Below, one piece after another: positions 25,341-37,624 of a stretch of DNA of 64,000 nucleotides. Origin of the DNA: Octopus sinensis (Eukaryota); contig NC_043002.1 of NCBI RefSeq assembly GCF_006345805.1, positions 93,620,001-93,684,000 of the forward strand, written 5' to 3'. Under the pieces are notes generated by a model. It did no database searches and was not told the DNA's origin. It worked only from the letters and a program-made list of their open reading frames with translations. Each line of letters starts with the position of its first letter. The first letter of the stretch is position 1. Both the position numbers and the translations under genes were made by a program.

Positions 25341-25865
25341 TGTGTATGTATAGTAATATTACGATCATGAATTAGCTTTAGCATATCTCACTCTTTCTCG
25401 CGGAACCCCTAGGAGCCTGTAGGTCAGCCCTTTGTTTAGGGTTTGACCTACATTACTGACCATAGTTTTTATAACAGAGAACATTTTCTACAAATAACCT
25501 TTTGGAGTGTGTAGATTACGATTATATTAAATTTAACATGAAAAAGAAATTGGTGGGCTCGTAGGCATATACTGACACATATCGCAAGATAAAACTTGAG
25601 ATGTTGAAAAAATTGTGATGCGTGTCAGTATGTATGTGTGCGTACTCACTGTTTTTCTTTTCACATTCAAAAAATTTTCCCCAAAATTTCAATGTTTTAA
25701 AAAAAAATGTTTGCCCCTCCCCCCACCTCCCATCACAATCATTGGCATATTCTTTTCTTCCCCATGAGCTGTGAGAATTTAAGGGATTTCTATTCCAAAA
25801 TTTTGCCCACATTTAACAATTTCCTATACAGACCTAAAAAAATGGGTCAGTTATGACTAGAAAGT

Positions 25866-26340
25866 CATCATCATCATCATCATTTAATGTCTGCTTTCCA
25901 TGCTAGCATGGGTTGGACGATTTGAAAGAGGACTGGCGAACCAGAGGGCTTCACCAGGCTCCAATCTGATCTGGCAGAGTTTCTACAGCTGGATGCCCTT
26001 CCTAATGCCAACCACTCTGAGAGTGTAGTGGGTGCTTTAATATGCCACTGGCATGAGGGCCAGTCAGGTGTTACTGGCAACGGCCACGCTCAAATGGTGT
26101 TTTTTACGTGCCACCTGCACAGGAGCCAGTCCAGCAGCACTGGCAATGACCTCGCTCTAATGCTTTTTCACGTGCCAGTAAGGCGATGCTGGTAATGATC
26201 ATGCTCGAATGGTGCTTTTTATGTGCCGCCGGCACGGAAGCCAGTTAGCTGCTCTGGCCACAATCATGCTTGGATGGTGCTGCTCTTAGCGCTCCACTAG
26301 CACAGATGCCAGTCATCAAATTTGATTTCAATTTCATTCG
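25866..26340 (-). mobile_element. RTE 3' UTR fragment
   Basis: (CAT)n tail plus the conserved 3' UTR; similar fragments at 13975-14200(-), 31180-31790(+), 35250-35520(-), 38107-38720(-). Confidence 0.8.
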
Positions 26341-26786
26341 TTAGTTATTATCCAATTGCTCTCATAGTGATTTTGAAACTTTTATTTCCTTACATTTAAA
26401 GTTTTAAAATTTACTTGTATATTTCAATTACTTTTGAAAATAATCAAGAATTTAGAAGGTTTTAATAGAACAACTAACTTTTCCTTATGAAGCTGATGTA
26501 TGGTGAAGTGTTGAACAAAATGTTCTTAATAAGTATTATATTATAATGGAAGTTTTTAATTTAAATATAAGCACTTTAAAATAGGCAAGAACTGTTTGTA
26601 AGCATCCACCTTTTATGATTAATCTTATAGTTTCATATTGCTGAATTTTAAGGTAGATTTCTGTTGAGAGAGAGAAAGAGTGTATCTATAATTTTCAATT
26701 GGATCGACTTCATTAGATATCAATTTTTGGAAGTTTTTTTTTCCTGGATGCCATGTAGATCCATACAGTTCCTGATGGTGTAGAAA

Positions 26787-27200
26787 TGGATACTCTTTTA
26801 CTCTTTTACTTGTTTCAAGTCATTTGACTGTGGCCATGCTGGAGCACCACCTGTAGTCGAGCAAATCAACCCCAGGACTTATTCTTTGTAAGCCTAGTAC
26901 TTATTCTATCGGTTCTCTTTAGCCGAAACCACTAAGTTACGGGGGACATAAACACACCAGCATCGGTTGTCAAGCGATGTTGGGGGGACAAAGACAGACA
27001 CACAAACAAATACACACACATAATACATATACATATATATATACGACAGGCTTCTTTCAGTTTCCGTCTACCAAATCCACTCACAAGGCTTTGGTCGGCC
27101 TGAGGCTATAGTAGAAGACACTTGCCCAAGGTGCCACGCGGTGGGACTGAACCCGGAACCATGTGGTTTGTAAGCAAGCTACTTACCACACAGCCACTCC
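26787..27200 (-). mobile_element. tRNA-derived SINE family A
   Basis: Reverse-complement match to family A. Confidence 0.85.
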
Positions 27201-27449
27201 TATGAAATTTACTGCTATCGACCTATAGGGAATGAATCTAGAGCTACTCTGTAGTAGTAAAGAGGCATTCCTTAACAAAGATGTGAATTTTATGCTTTAG
27301 GTACCACTGAAAATCCATGGAAAATGGCTAGTGACAGAATTATTAGAGTATTGGGGAAACGTGATATTTTATTATATATGCCTTCTTCACCTAATTTTAT
27401 TGATTTGGTTTGGAGGAAGGAGCTTTGCTTATGGCTGTTGCTGATCCTC

Positions 27450-27900
27450 TGAGACCAGAGATTGATGTGGCAAATGTTCCTCATGAATGGTTGTAAGTTG
27501 ACAATAAAAATATAGGCAAGGAGAAAATTCTTGAGGAGGGATTCCAAAGAGGAACAATTTGGTCTACTGGTAATTTGGTTGTAGCACAATATAAATAATG
27601 AAAGATGGAGAAGAAAATGAGTCAGTTGGACCTGAATGGAGGGGTACAAGTAGTTAGCTCTGAAGAATGAACAAAAGCAGTTGTTTTGGTAGTAGGAAAG
27701 ACAAAAAGAAGAGACAGCATGTCTATAAGTTTGGAGTGGGTCTGAGTGACCTTGTATCAATCAGTTTGATGGCCTTTTTCTTTTTATGCAGACTAGGATG
27801 TCTATGTGTCTACTAGCAGCATCTTTCCAGATGTAGGACAACTACATTATTCTAAGTTTCACTTAGGTATTTGTAAAGGGTTAGTAGTTTTGGTGGGGAT
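27450..27900 (-). mobile_element. Old CR1/L2-type LINE 3' relic
   Basis: Degenerate SYIWKDAAS..KKAIKLI, YRHAVSSFCLSY and LWNP segments resemble CR1/L2 RT C-termini. Confidence 0.45.
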
Positions 27901-28654
27901 GTGATATTTTCTGGTTCTCAAAAGGTTGGTCTTTATGATACTGTTTTTGCTATACTGAGGATCTGAAATAAACACAAGAAATTCTCAGTGATTGTGAGGG
28001 TTCATGTTTATGGACTGTGGATACAGTATTTTTTTGTTGACATGTGCTGTTGAAGGGACCACATTTAAAGATGTTTTTGAGGTCTCTGTTCATGGAATCA
28101 TTATTGGTTTGGCACAAGGTATGTAGGGTGCATGTTGATGATTATTGGGTATTGAATATTAGTAAGTAATGAAAAGTGGTATCATCTGCATAGGATTGTG
28201 AGTTATTCTGAGTTCAAATCCTGCATAGATTAACTTTGTTTTTCATCCTCTCAAGGTCATTAAAATAACACTCAATAAAGGAGTTGATGTGGTTAACTCT
28301 ACCATTCAAGGTGGTACATCTAATGTAGCTGTAGTCCAATGACTGAAACCAATAAAATGAGAAAAGACAAAATTTGCAAAATTGTTCAGGAGTGTAAATG
28401 TCATAGTTTGTGTTGTATTATGATATTTTTCTTTCAAAACAAAAGATATTTTACTTAATAGATTTGTAATGAAATAAAAAGATATATTTTAATTCATGCC
28501 GCCAAAACATTTAATGGTTTCAATTATGGCATGCGGCCATACCAGGGCACCAATCTAAGCCAAACTTCACTCCTTGATTTTTATTACACACTCCCATTTC
28601 ATAGGAAGAAAAGTAAAATCAGCTGTTAATAAATGTTAATATATACTACACGCC

Positions 28655-29165
28655 ATTATCAACATTATTTACATTATTGACATTGGATGGATATGTGTCC
28701 TTATCTTGTTTGTTGTTACCACAACATTCCAGCTGATTTACTCTCCAGCCATCATCAGGTGTCCTGGTGGAATTTTGAACCCAGCCCTGGGTTATTATTA
28801 AGGTATTTTTTCCTGATTTTATTATTATTATTATTTATTCAAGGCACTGCCTGGAATTGAACTCAGAATTTTGGGGTTAGTAGCCTGCGCTGTTAACCAT
28901 TATGCTATATGCCCATGGGTGGTGAGCTGGCAGACACATTAGTGCACCGGGCGAAATGCTTAGCAGTATTTCATCTGTTGTTACGTTCTGAGTTCAAATT
29001 CCGCTGAGGTCATCTTTGCCTTTCATCCTTTCGGGGTCAATAAATAAAGTATCATTTTCGCACTGGGGTCGATGTAATCGACTTAATCTGTTCGTCTGTC
29101 CTTGTTTGCCCCCTCTGTGTTTAGCCCCTTGTGGGTAGTAAAGAAATATATATGCCCATGGGCAT
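28655..29165 (-). mobile_element. tRNA-headed SINE with a Penelope-type hammerhead-containing tail (interrupted by a family B SINE)
   Basis: A box TAGCATAATGG (28897-28907), B box GAGTTCAATTCC (28853-28864), (AAT)n linker, degenerate hammerhead 28718-28763, AATGTAAATAATGT-type tail near 28660-28680. Confidence 0.65.
28920..29148 (+). mobile_element. SINE family B with 14-bp target site duplication
   Basis: TSD TATATGCCCATGGG at 28906-28919 and 29149-29162. Confidence 0.85.
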
Positions 29166-29223
29166 TATCAACAATTGTATATTTTCGATAAAACATTTAT
29201 TTTGAAAATTTTTGTCCTTGTAG

Positions 29224-29485
29224 GTTTGTTAGAAGTAAGAAATATCAGAATGTCACCTATGTGGAAGCAGCTATTGGACAGCGAGATGGGTTTTCAGAAT
29301 TTGTTATCACAGATGACCTTGGAACTATGCAGAATCATCTTGCTTCAAGTCACCACAGTGTAGGAGTTGGTAGAAAGTCAACTATTCAAGTTAAATGCTT
29401 CAGTGTAAAGACATTTGTTTTCAAGTACAATGTTCCCAAGAAGTTTGGTGTTTTGTCTATAGATGCCGAAGGTACTGGAGACAAG
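29224..29485 (+). CDS. Exon 2 of the FkbM-type methyltransferase
   Basis: Acceptor TTTTTGTCCTTGTAG|G completes the phase-2 Arg codon; reads FVRSKKYQNVTYVEAAIGQRDGFSEF..KFGVLSIDAEGTGDK (FkbM-type DxEG motif); donor AAG|GTAAGA, phase 0. Confidence 0.9.
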
Positions 29486-29495
29486 GTAAGAGTTT

Positions 29496-29538
<43 letters not shown>

Positions 29539-29719
29539 ATGTGCGAATGTTCAAAATGGTGAGTAACACTTTAAGTATGGAAATCTTCAATAGTGATTTT
29601 GCAAAAGTATGCCAAGAGGAAGGAGTTGTCAAGTTGTCATACCAGTTTTAAGAAGTATAAAAATTCTTCTCGTTCCTGAGATCAGTCAGGTATCCATGTC
29701 AATAACTTGACACTTCTTT

Positions 29720-30740
29720 ATGCCAACTGTCATCATCCATATATATATATAACATTTTCTGTATAAGCACAGTCCTTTCTCTTGCACATTACATCTTATA
29801 CCTATTCTGCTTAGTTTTCCTTTCAGCTCTTTTGTGTTCTGTCGTTTACACACACTAACATTTTACATTCAGCAGAGCATTTCCTTTCAGCCTTTGTACA
29901 CCTGTATTTAGTATCCGTGTTTTGCTACCACGCAGCATCATGTTTTATACACCAGTATCTTACAATCTTCTTTCGTTCAAACAGGAAATGTATTTGTTAC
30001 TAGTCTGGATAATAGCCACCTCAACCCCATCTCATTCTCACCCTGGCTTTTATATTTTTAGAACACACATTTCCATTATTAATTAGGTCACCTTGATAAC
30101 AGAAGCTATAGGTAGCCTTCTAAGCTTGGCCATTTACCTGGCAGTAGCACAGTCCTGTCATTTTCCTGACTGACTAATACTTTAGTCTCTGCAAAGTTTG
30201 CTTTGATACCTTTTGGTTCTAGATTTTGCTTCTGTGTCTGGAATTTCTTCCCTAATTCCAGTATAGATTTATATGTAAGAACTAGATCATCTGCATATGA
30301 GACTTTCCATGGTCAGCCAATTATAAGCTCCTCTGTTATGGCCTGAAGGGTTATGATAAATAGAAGGGGGCTGAGGACTGAGATTTGTAAATCCTACCTT
30401 GCTGACTGCACATCTACTCAACTTGCATGACCTTCATAAGCCATTTGTTTATTCAGAGTTTTCATAACAACCAGATTACAGAGTGTAGGAGTTTGTCAAA
30501 GGCATTTTTGTAAGGCTGACAAATGCTAGATACAGCAGCTTTCTCATAGCTAAGTACTTCACATGCAGTTATCTAACTAGGACATTTTTTTTGCTAATGT
30601 ATGTTGAGATTCAAACTTCTTGGGACCATAAACAAATGGTTTCATATGTGTCTGTAAACAAGGAAATATAGCTGCTTCCATAGCTTTGTAGCTTGTCAGG
30701 CACATGGAAGCATTGGTGGTAACAGTCGCAATTCACAGGT
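29720..30740 (-). mobile_element. Old degenerate RTE RT fragment
   Basis: Minus strand SVLSPLLFIITLQAITEE and YADDL-like segments; heavily mutated. Confidence 0.7.
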
Positions 30741-30758
30741 CATTTGTGTGATTGTATC

Positions 30759-30994
30759 TGTTTCTTTATTACCCACAAGGGGCTAAACATAGAGGGGACA
30801 AACAAGGACAGACAAACGGATTAAGTCGATTATATCGACCCCAGTGCGTAACTGGTACTTATTTAATCGACCCCGAAAGGATGAAAGGCAAAGTCGACCT
30901 CGGCAGAATTTGAACTCAGAATGTAACGGCAGACGAAATACGGCTACGCATTTTGCCCGGCGTGCTAACGGTTCTGCCAGCTCACCGCCTATTA
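30759..30994 (-). mobile_element. SINE family B with 18-bp target site duplication
   Basis: TSD CATTTGTGTGATTGTATC at 30741-30758 and 30995-31012. Confidence 0.85.
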
Positions 30995-32052
30995 CATTTG
31001 TGTGATTGTATCATCTGTTGAAATGTTGTGGGGTTGGCATCAGGAAGATGGTTTCATGGTCTTGTCATATCATTGTATCATTTTGTCATTGGGAGCATCC
31101 ATGACAGAGAGGTACTTTGTTTGAACAAGGATGAAGAAGGGAGAACAAAAGATGGCCATACTCAATAGCAATGATCATCATCCATTCCATTTGCCTACTT
31201 GCATGTATATGTGTGCATGTCAGTGTGCATATACGACAGAGTGTAAGTGATTTGAGAGAAAAACTGGGTATGCATGACATCAGATATAGTGTGCAAGAGG
31301 GAAGACTGCACTGGTGTAGCCTTGTAATGCATATGAATGAAGACATCTGTATCAAGAGGTGCCAGTCTCTAATTTTAGAGGGAGCATGTGGAAGGTGTAG
31401 ACCCTGCAAGATGTGGGACGAAGTGATAAGAAAGGATCTACAGAGGGGATGATGGGATTGTGATTCCTGGTGGTTTGTTGTGCTTGAAAAGACGCGTCAA
31501 GCTAAGTAAAAATGTGGTTGCCTTTGCATACAGCCTTGTCCCCTGCAATCCTCTCTGAGCATCCCTAATCTTGCAGGTATGTAGGTGCTGGTGCCACGTA
31601 AAAAGTGCCCATACTGGTGCTGCATAAAAGCACACTCTGTAAAGTGGTTGGCATTAGGAAGGACATCTAGCTGTAGAAACCATGCCAAAAAAGACATGGA
31701 ACCTGAACATCCCTTCAGCTAGTCAACTCTTGTCAAACCATCTAAGCCATGCAAGTATGGAAAACAGGACATTAAATGATGATGATGATGAAACATTAAA
31801 TACAACTAAGCTATTAAAAATAATCAACTGTAGTTCTGTAAACACATAACCCGTTTTTCTCTTTCATGGATATACATAAAATGTCATGTGAAAGCAGTGA
31901 CAATATTTATAGGAGTGAATACCGTTGTTGCTATTATTCTATAGCTACAGGCTGTACAAACTTGAAGCTTCTTTTGTTTCTGTTGGCATTTGGCAAATAG
32001 GAAGAAAAAAAGAAAGCAAAAACAATTCAGGAGTTTCATGTTGTATTCAAAA

Positions 32053-35000
32053 CTAGCAGAGATACCTGGCGTTGCCCGGTTACATTCAATAGAAGAATTA
32101 GACTTTTCTGTTATATATATGGATACACACACACACACACACACACAAATATATGTATATTAATATAAATACATGAAAGTACATGAAGTTTGTTAAAAAA
32201 AAGGGGATCATGTATATACCTCCTGGCTGTTGAGATTATAACACCTTGTTGTAAACAATGTTCCTTGTTTTTCCTTGTGGAGCATATACAAAAGGTTTCT
32301 TTTGGTTCCTACTCTTGAGCAGCCAACATACAGTTGCCTATGCGAGAAGCAGGGCTCTTCCAAGAGAAGATCAGCTACAGAGAGGGTTTGACCCTGAGAT
32401 TTGTTAATGGACATGGCAAAGCTGACATGAAGGGGGAATTGCAGTCTTCTGAATGTAAATGGAATTTCTGCTCCTGATGGAGTAAGAAGAAATCTTGGAA
32501 TAAAGACGTCATCACCTTTTCCACATCCAGAAAGAATGATCGTCTCGATAACGTGTAATATCATTTTCTTTATCACCAGTCGTGTTCCATTGCAAAGTCT
32601 TGGTGGTTCCAGATTGCGGAGTAGCATTACAGGAGTTCCAACTTTAAGTGCTAATATGTGTGGAAGTAGTCGAGGAGGGCTCCAGTGAATTGAGAAATTC
32701 AGGAGGATAGTTCACAACTTCATTTATATCTGGAATTGTATCAACAGACTTGTAAGTGTGTATAGTGCCGGGAAGAGAATGCATTAGCTGTATATTGCTC
32801 TTTCACACAGCCAATTGTGATTTTGGTAGTTTTGTGTGAAGTTGGGAAAGACTTTGTTTTTGAGGTCATCTACAGAATTAACAACAGAAGAAAATGACCA
32901 CACTTCCATTTGTCCTGCAGCATCGAGAGGCATCTTGCCTTCACTAAGTGTCAAAATGTCCTGTGCAAACTTTGTGGACATTTTGTCGCCGTGTAGCTGA
33001 GCTCTCATGTTAATAATGAGACTAAAGATTGTAACATGATGCCACAGAGTAGAGGACTTTAGGCATGCTTGAACTTCATTAGCTCTAGTGCCTTTCGGAA
33101 TGACAGGAAGAGTTTGCCTGAAATCACCTGACAACAGAAGCGTTACACCTCCCATTGGAGCCTGACAGTCTCGGATGTCTTTCAGAGCTCTATCTAATGC
33201 TTTGAAAGCTCCCTTGTGAGCCATAGTGCACTCATCCCAGACAATTACATAACACATTTTAAGTACTTGTCCCTGATCTGAGCTTTTGTTGATATTGCAT
33301 GAAGGCATTTCGGATGCTGCTAAATTGAGAGGGAGTTTAAAAGTTGAGTGTGCTGTCCTGCCACCGGGTAACAAAGTAGCTGCAATGCCAGAGGAGGCTA
33401 CAGCTACTGCAATGTCCTGATGTGCCTAACTTCTGCAAGTAGAAGCTTTGTAATAAATGTTTTTCCTGTCCCTCCAGGAGCATCGAGGAAGAAGATTCGT
33501 TCCTCGCGTTGGCGTACACTGTTAAGAATAGTTCTGTAGGCCTGCAGCTGGTCCAGAAGTAATTTAGGCTCATTTTCAACAATGTACTTTGAAAGCGCTT
33601 GAGTGTCGTAGGTTGTTTCACGAATGACAGCAGTGGGAAGGCTATTTGACCCTGACCTGAATGCTTGTGGCAGGCCATACGTCGATAATTCATTTCCACC
33701 CAGTTTAGCAATTCTGTCTTCAATGTCAATGAGTGTTTTGTTATAGATTTCATTGCTGATACCTCCATGTCAGGATAGAGCAGTTGAGCTTGGCGCTGAA
33801 GGGGACAATGTTTTTGAGATTCCAGTTCGAATGTAAGGCAGGTTTGAAAGTGTTCCCAACAGTTATTAGTTGTAGTGGTAGAGTGTTTATGCCGAATATG
33901 TACGTATGCATGTATATATATGTATGTATGCCTGTATATATGTACAAAATCCACTGTGAAGGCTTTTATTGGTCTGAAGCTACAGCAGAAGACACATGCC
34001 AAGTCACCACACAGTGGGACTGAGCCCAGGACCATGTGTTTGGAACGTAGTTTGTTACCACACAGCCACACCTGCCCCTATGTATGTGTGTGTGTGTATG
34101 TGTGCATATGTGTGTATGGGTAGATATATTATGCATGTATATATGTGTATATATATGTGTACATATTACATGTACATCTATATATATACATCTACACATA
34201 AAATACAAAATACAAAGTTATATCTTGATATCGCTAGTGATAACAATACTCAAAATATATAACAGACTGAAATTGTAGGCCCGTCTCTTGCAATTTCGAT
34301 GAATTGGATCTTGTCCTCCCTCTTGTATAGAAGTGTACGGCTGCAGCGAAATTCATTTTTGGACTTTCTTCTATCGAAGGCATTTTAACAAAAATGCTCC
34401 CATAAAGACGGTGAAAATATTGTCAATTTTCCCAAACAGGGACACAATTCAATTTTTAAACAATAACCAAAACCCCTTCTCCAAAAGGGGGAGGGTTACG
34501 GTTTACAATTATTTAACAAATGCAACACAACAACGTTTCCCTGACGAGGAACCAACAAACATGATTACAATAGTCAAACAGTAATAATAATAACAAATCT
34601 TTTTAATTTATCCCCATTTATGTGAAACCACTTATTCAAGTTCAAGTCATTGATGCAATTTTATACGAATTGCTAATACACACACACACACACATAATAA
34701 GGGTGAAAAATTGAATATTAATTTGATTAATATGAATTGAAAACCAGTGGTGTAGCATATAAGACCATAGCGGATCTTCCTCTAGCAAAAAGGATGACCA
34801 CTATTAATGGCTCATCCCTGTTATATAATACTTTCACTTTAATAGTTTCACTCTTGCAAAGAGAAAGTAGGAGAAAGTGTGGTGGTAATAGCAGGAGTAA
34901 ACCACTTGAAATGAGAGAGGCAAATCGTAAAATATTGAGTTTTCTCGAATTTTTGCTTAATTGGGGGTGAAATTGAAAAAAACTTTATATGCCATGATCC

Positions 35001-35120
35001 AATCGAATCTACTTAGAAAAATCATGGGTAAATTTCAATTGAAGAAATTCTATATTGTAGAATTGTATTAAAAAGAAACATGGGAACAGGCAGAGAAAAT
35101 CTGCCTTTTATCATAAGAGA
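32053..35120 (-). mobile_element. Internally deleted Helitron with both termini and PIF1 helicase remnants
   Basis: 5' A|TCTCTTATGATAAAAGG at 35120; 3' hairpin CCGGGCAACGCCAGG then CTAG|T at 32053; Walker A FFLDAPGGTGKT near 33450-33495; LLPGGRTAHSTF, VWDECTM, LLSGDFRQTLPV, RLCNGTRL, FAMSINKSQGQTL; SINE fragment inside at 33940-34075. Confidence 0.9.
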
Positions 35121-36006
35121 TACCTCATTTTCTTTGTTCCTGTATTCCACCTGTAAAATAAGCATATAACTGACTACATCATCCTTTAACTCAGCATGTA
35201 TTCTACAATAATATCACATACCAATGGTGTGTACACTGCCATTTGCCTTCATCATCATCATCATCATCATGTAACATCCGCTTTCCATGCTAGCATGGGT
35301 TGGATGATTTGACTGAGGTCTGGCGAACCAGACTCCAATCTGATCTGGCAAAGTTTCTACAGCTGGATGCCCTTCCTAACGCCAACCACTCCGAGAGTGT
35401 AGTGGGTGCTTTTACGTGCCACTGGCACGAGGGCCAGTTTGGTGGTACTGGCAACGGCCATGTCCAAATGGTGCTTTTACGTGCCACCTGCACAGGAGCC
35501 AGTCTTGCGGCACTGGCGACGCCTTCTCAATATATATTACTTTCTCACTTAATTTCTATCTCTTTCTCACCAATTAACACAGAACATAATTCAAGTGCTA
35601 TTCAGTCCATTTCTTATCAGTGTCTCCAGATCCCCTACATGCATAGCCCAATCACTTCCATTAATTATCCATGTGAATGTGGAATATCTTCAGGAGTTTC
35701 TCGTTACTCTCCATGCAAATCATGTGGTTTGTTTGATGTGTGAGGATGAATTAGGTTGGATCGAACAACAACCTTTACAGTGACAACAATGTCATTATTC
35801 TTTCATTCATTTACTTGTTTCAGTCATGTGACTGCAGCCATGCTGGAGCATCGCCTTTAAGGGTTTTTTAGTCAAAGAAATCAATTCCAGGATTTATTCC
35901 ATCTATCTTTTTTGCCGAACTGTTAAGTTATGGGGTTGTAAACACACCAACATCAATTGTCAAGTGATGGTGGGGAAACAAACACAGACACAGAGACACA
36001 CATAAA

Positions 36007-36561
36007 TCTACTAAATATGTGGAAAATTGGTGTGTGTTTGTTTGTGGCATTGTTAGCTAACTCCTCCTACATTGTTTTAACGATTTTGATGAAACTTGAC
36101 ACGTGAGTAGAACTCATGTCTAGAAACCTTGTGACATACTTAGATCGTTGAAAAAAATCGATAATATGACCTCTGGAAGGGATCTTTATATCTACTTCAT
36201 ATAACTAATTTTTTTTAAACACCCAAGGGAATATGCACCTGCATAATATTTTTTTTCAACACTCAAGGGAAATAACCCATAGCACCTACACTTTATTTGA
36301 ATTCTTACTATCTGTTGATTAATTTCATGTTATTACATAACTGACTTCACAATTTGGGTATTCATAACTTATTGGGAATTCCTAAAAACAAGATCCTGTG
36401 TAAGACAGTTCGGTATTCTCAATTCTCAATAAATGCACAAAAACCGTTTTAAGGGCTACATACTTTGTATTGTTATTACTGGATTAACGAAACAATTATG
36501 AGAACAGAACCAAGGGATAAGCCCTGCTTTCCTGGGAATTACCAGGTACATTATTAGCTAG
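36007..36561 (+). mobile_element. Non-autonomous Helitron inserted into a family A SINE
   Basis: A|TCTACTAAAT...CCTGGGAATTACCAGG..CTAG|T; SINE halves at 35805-36000 and 36585-36720 (minus strand); longer relative at 40087-40985. Confidence 0.8.
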
Positions 36562-36910
36562 TATATACATATATACATATGGTGAACTTCTTATAGTTTC
36601 TGTCTACTAAATCCACTCACAAAGTTTTGGTCAGTTCGATGTCATAGTAGAAGACACTTGCCCAAGGTGCCATGCAATGGGACTGAACCTGGTTGGGAAG
36701 CAAACTTATCACACAGCCAAATTGCACTTGTATACACACACACACACACACACACACAAATAAATACACATGAGTACAAAACAAGGTGGTAAAAATAGTA
36801 CTCGAATACTGAAGGTAGAGTAATATACTTTATTATTAAAGCTGTAAAAACATTACAAAAAACTGTGACTCAGACCTTTACACTCTCGTTTGTCTATTAT
36901 TTTGATAAAT

Positions 36911-36995
36911 ATTACCCTGACGAGATTCATATACATAAATGTGAATTTTTTATAAATTCACCAGTGAATATGAATTGAAACAAATTGTAGGATAT
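36911..36995 (+). ncRNA. Type I hammerhead ribozyme motif, canonical core, extended stem II
   Basis: CTGACGA (36917-36923), stem II GATTCAT/ATGAATT enclosing a GTGAATTT/AAATTCAC hairpin, GAAA, stem III ACAA-A-TTGT, triplet GUA; stem I weak (CC/GG then mismatches). Confidence 0.6.
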
Positions 36996-37380
36996 ATGTT
37001 TGTTTTAATTATTTGTTATATTATATTATATTATAGCTTTTTATAGTATAATTATATTATATTATATTATAATGTTAATAAATTTATAATATGTCAATTG
37101 TATTTCTCTATTTCCTTTAATAGTTATATATTGAAATTATACCATTTTAAGTTTGGATTTTTTGTCTTCTGTATTGTAGTATTTAACTGAAAATCCAGTG
37201 ACAATTGGATGTTTTCCATCCATTTGAAGGAATTTATTTTGAACATAAAACAGGTAGAACATATGGGCCAGGTATGGCTGGTTTAAATGATAAAGGTTTA
37301 AATGTAATTAAAAATCCTTAATAAAGAAAAGAAATATTCCCAGAAAAATAATCAATGTTTAATGGTCTTATCTTTTTCAG

Positions 37381-37545
37381 ATCTTAAAACAGTTCATTAA
37401 ACTTGGCTTCCGCCCGACCTACATTATCTATGAGGCTCTGCATAACTCTGAACCAATCTTAGAAACCATGGATTATCTCCATCGGAATGGATACTTTCCG
37501 CAGAGTAAACGAGGATGGAATTATATCTTTGAATACCAATTTTGA
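37381..37545 (+). CDS. Exon 3 (terminal) of the FkbM-type methyltransferase
   Basis: Acceptor TCTTTTTCAG|ATC, phase 0; ILKQFIKLGFRPTYIIYEALHNSEPILETMDYLHRNGYFPQSKRGWNYIFEYQF*; IIYE and final WNYIF strand fit the FkbM fold; total CDS 942 nt. Confidence 0.88.
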   Translation: MLKQFIKLGFRPTYIIYEALHNSEPILETMDYLHRNGYFPQSKRGWNYIFEYQF

Positions 37546-37558
37546 ATATTTCAAGTTA

Positions 37559-37564
37559 AATAAA
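37559..37564 (+). promoter_or_regulatory. Candidate polyadenylation signal AATAAA
   Basis: Hexamer 14 nt after the stop codon; such hexamers are common in AT-rich DNA. Confidence 0.3.
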
Positions 37565-37624
37565 AATAGCTGTGGAAGAGAGAGTGATGGAAAAGAAACA
37601 AAATTCAATGTTTGATGGGGAATA

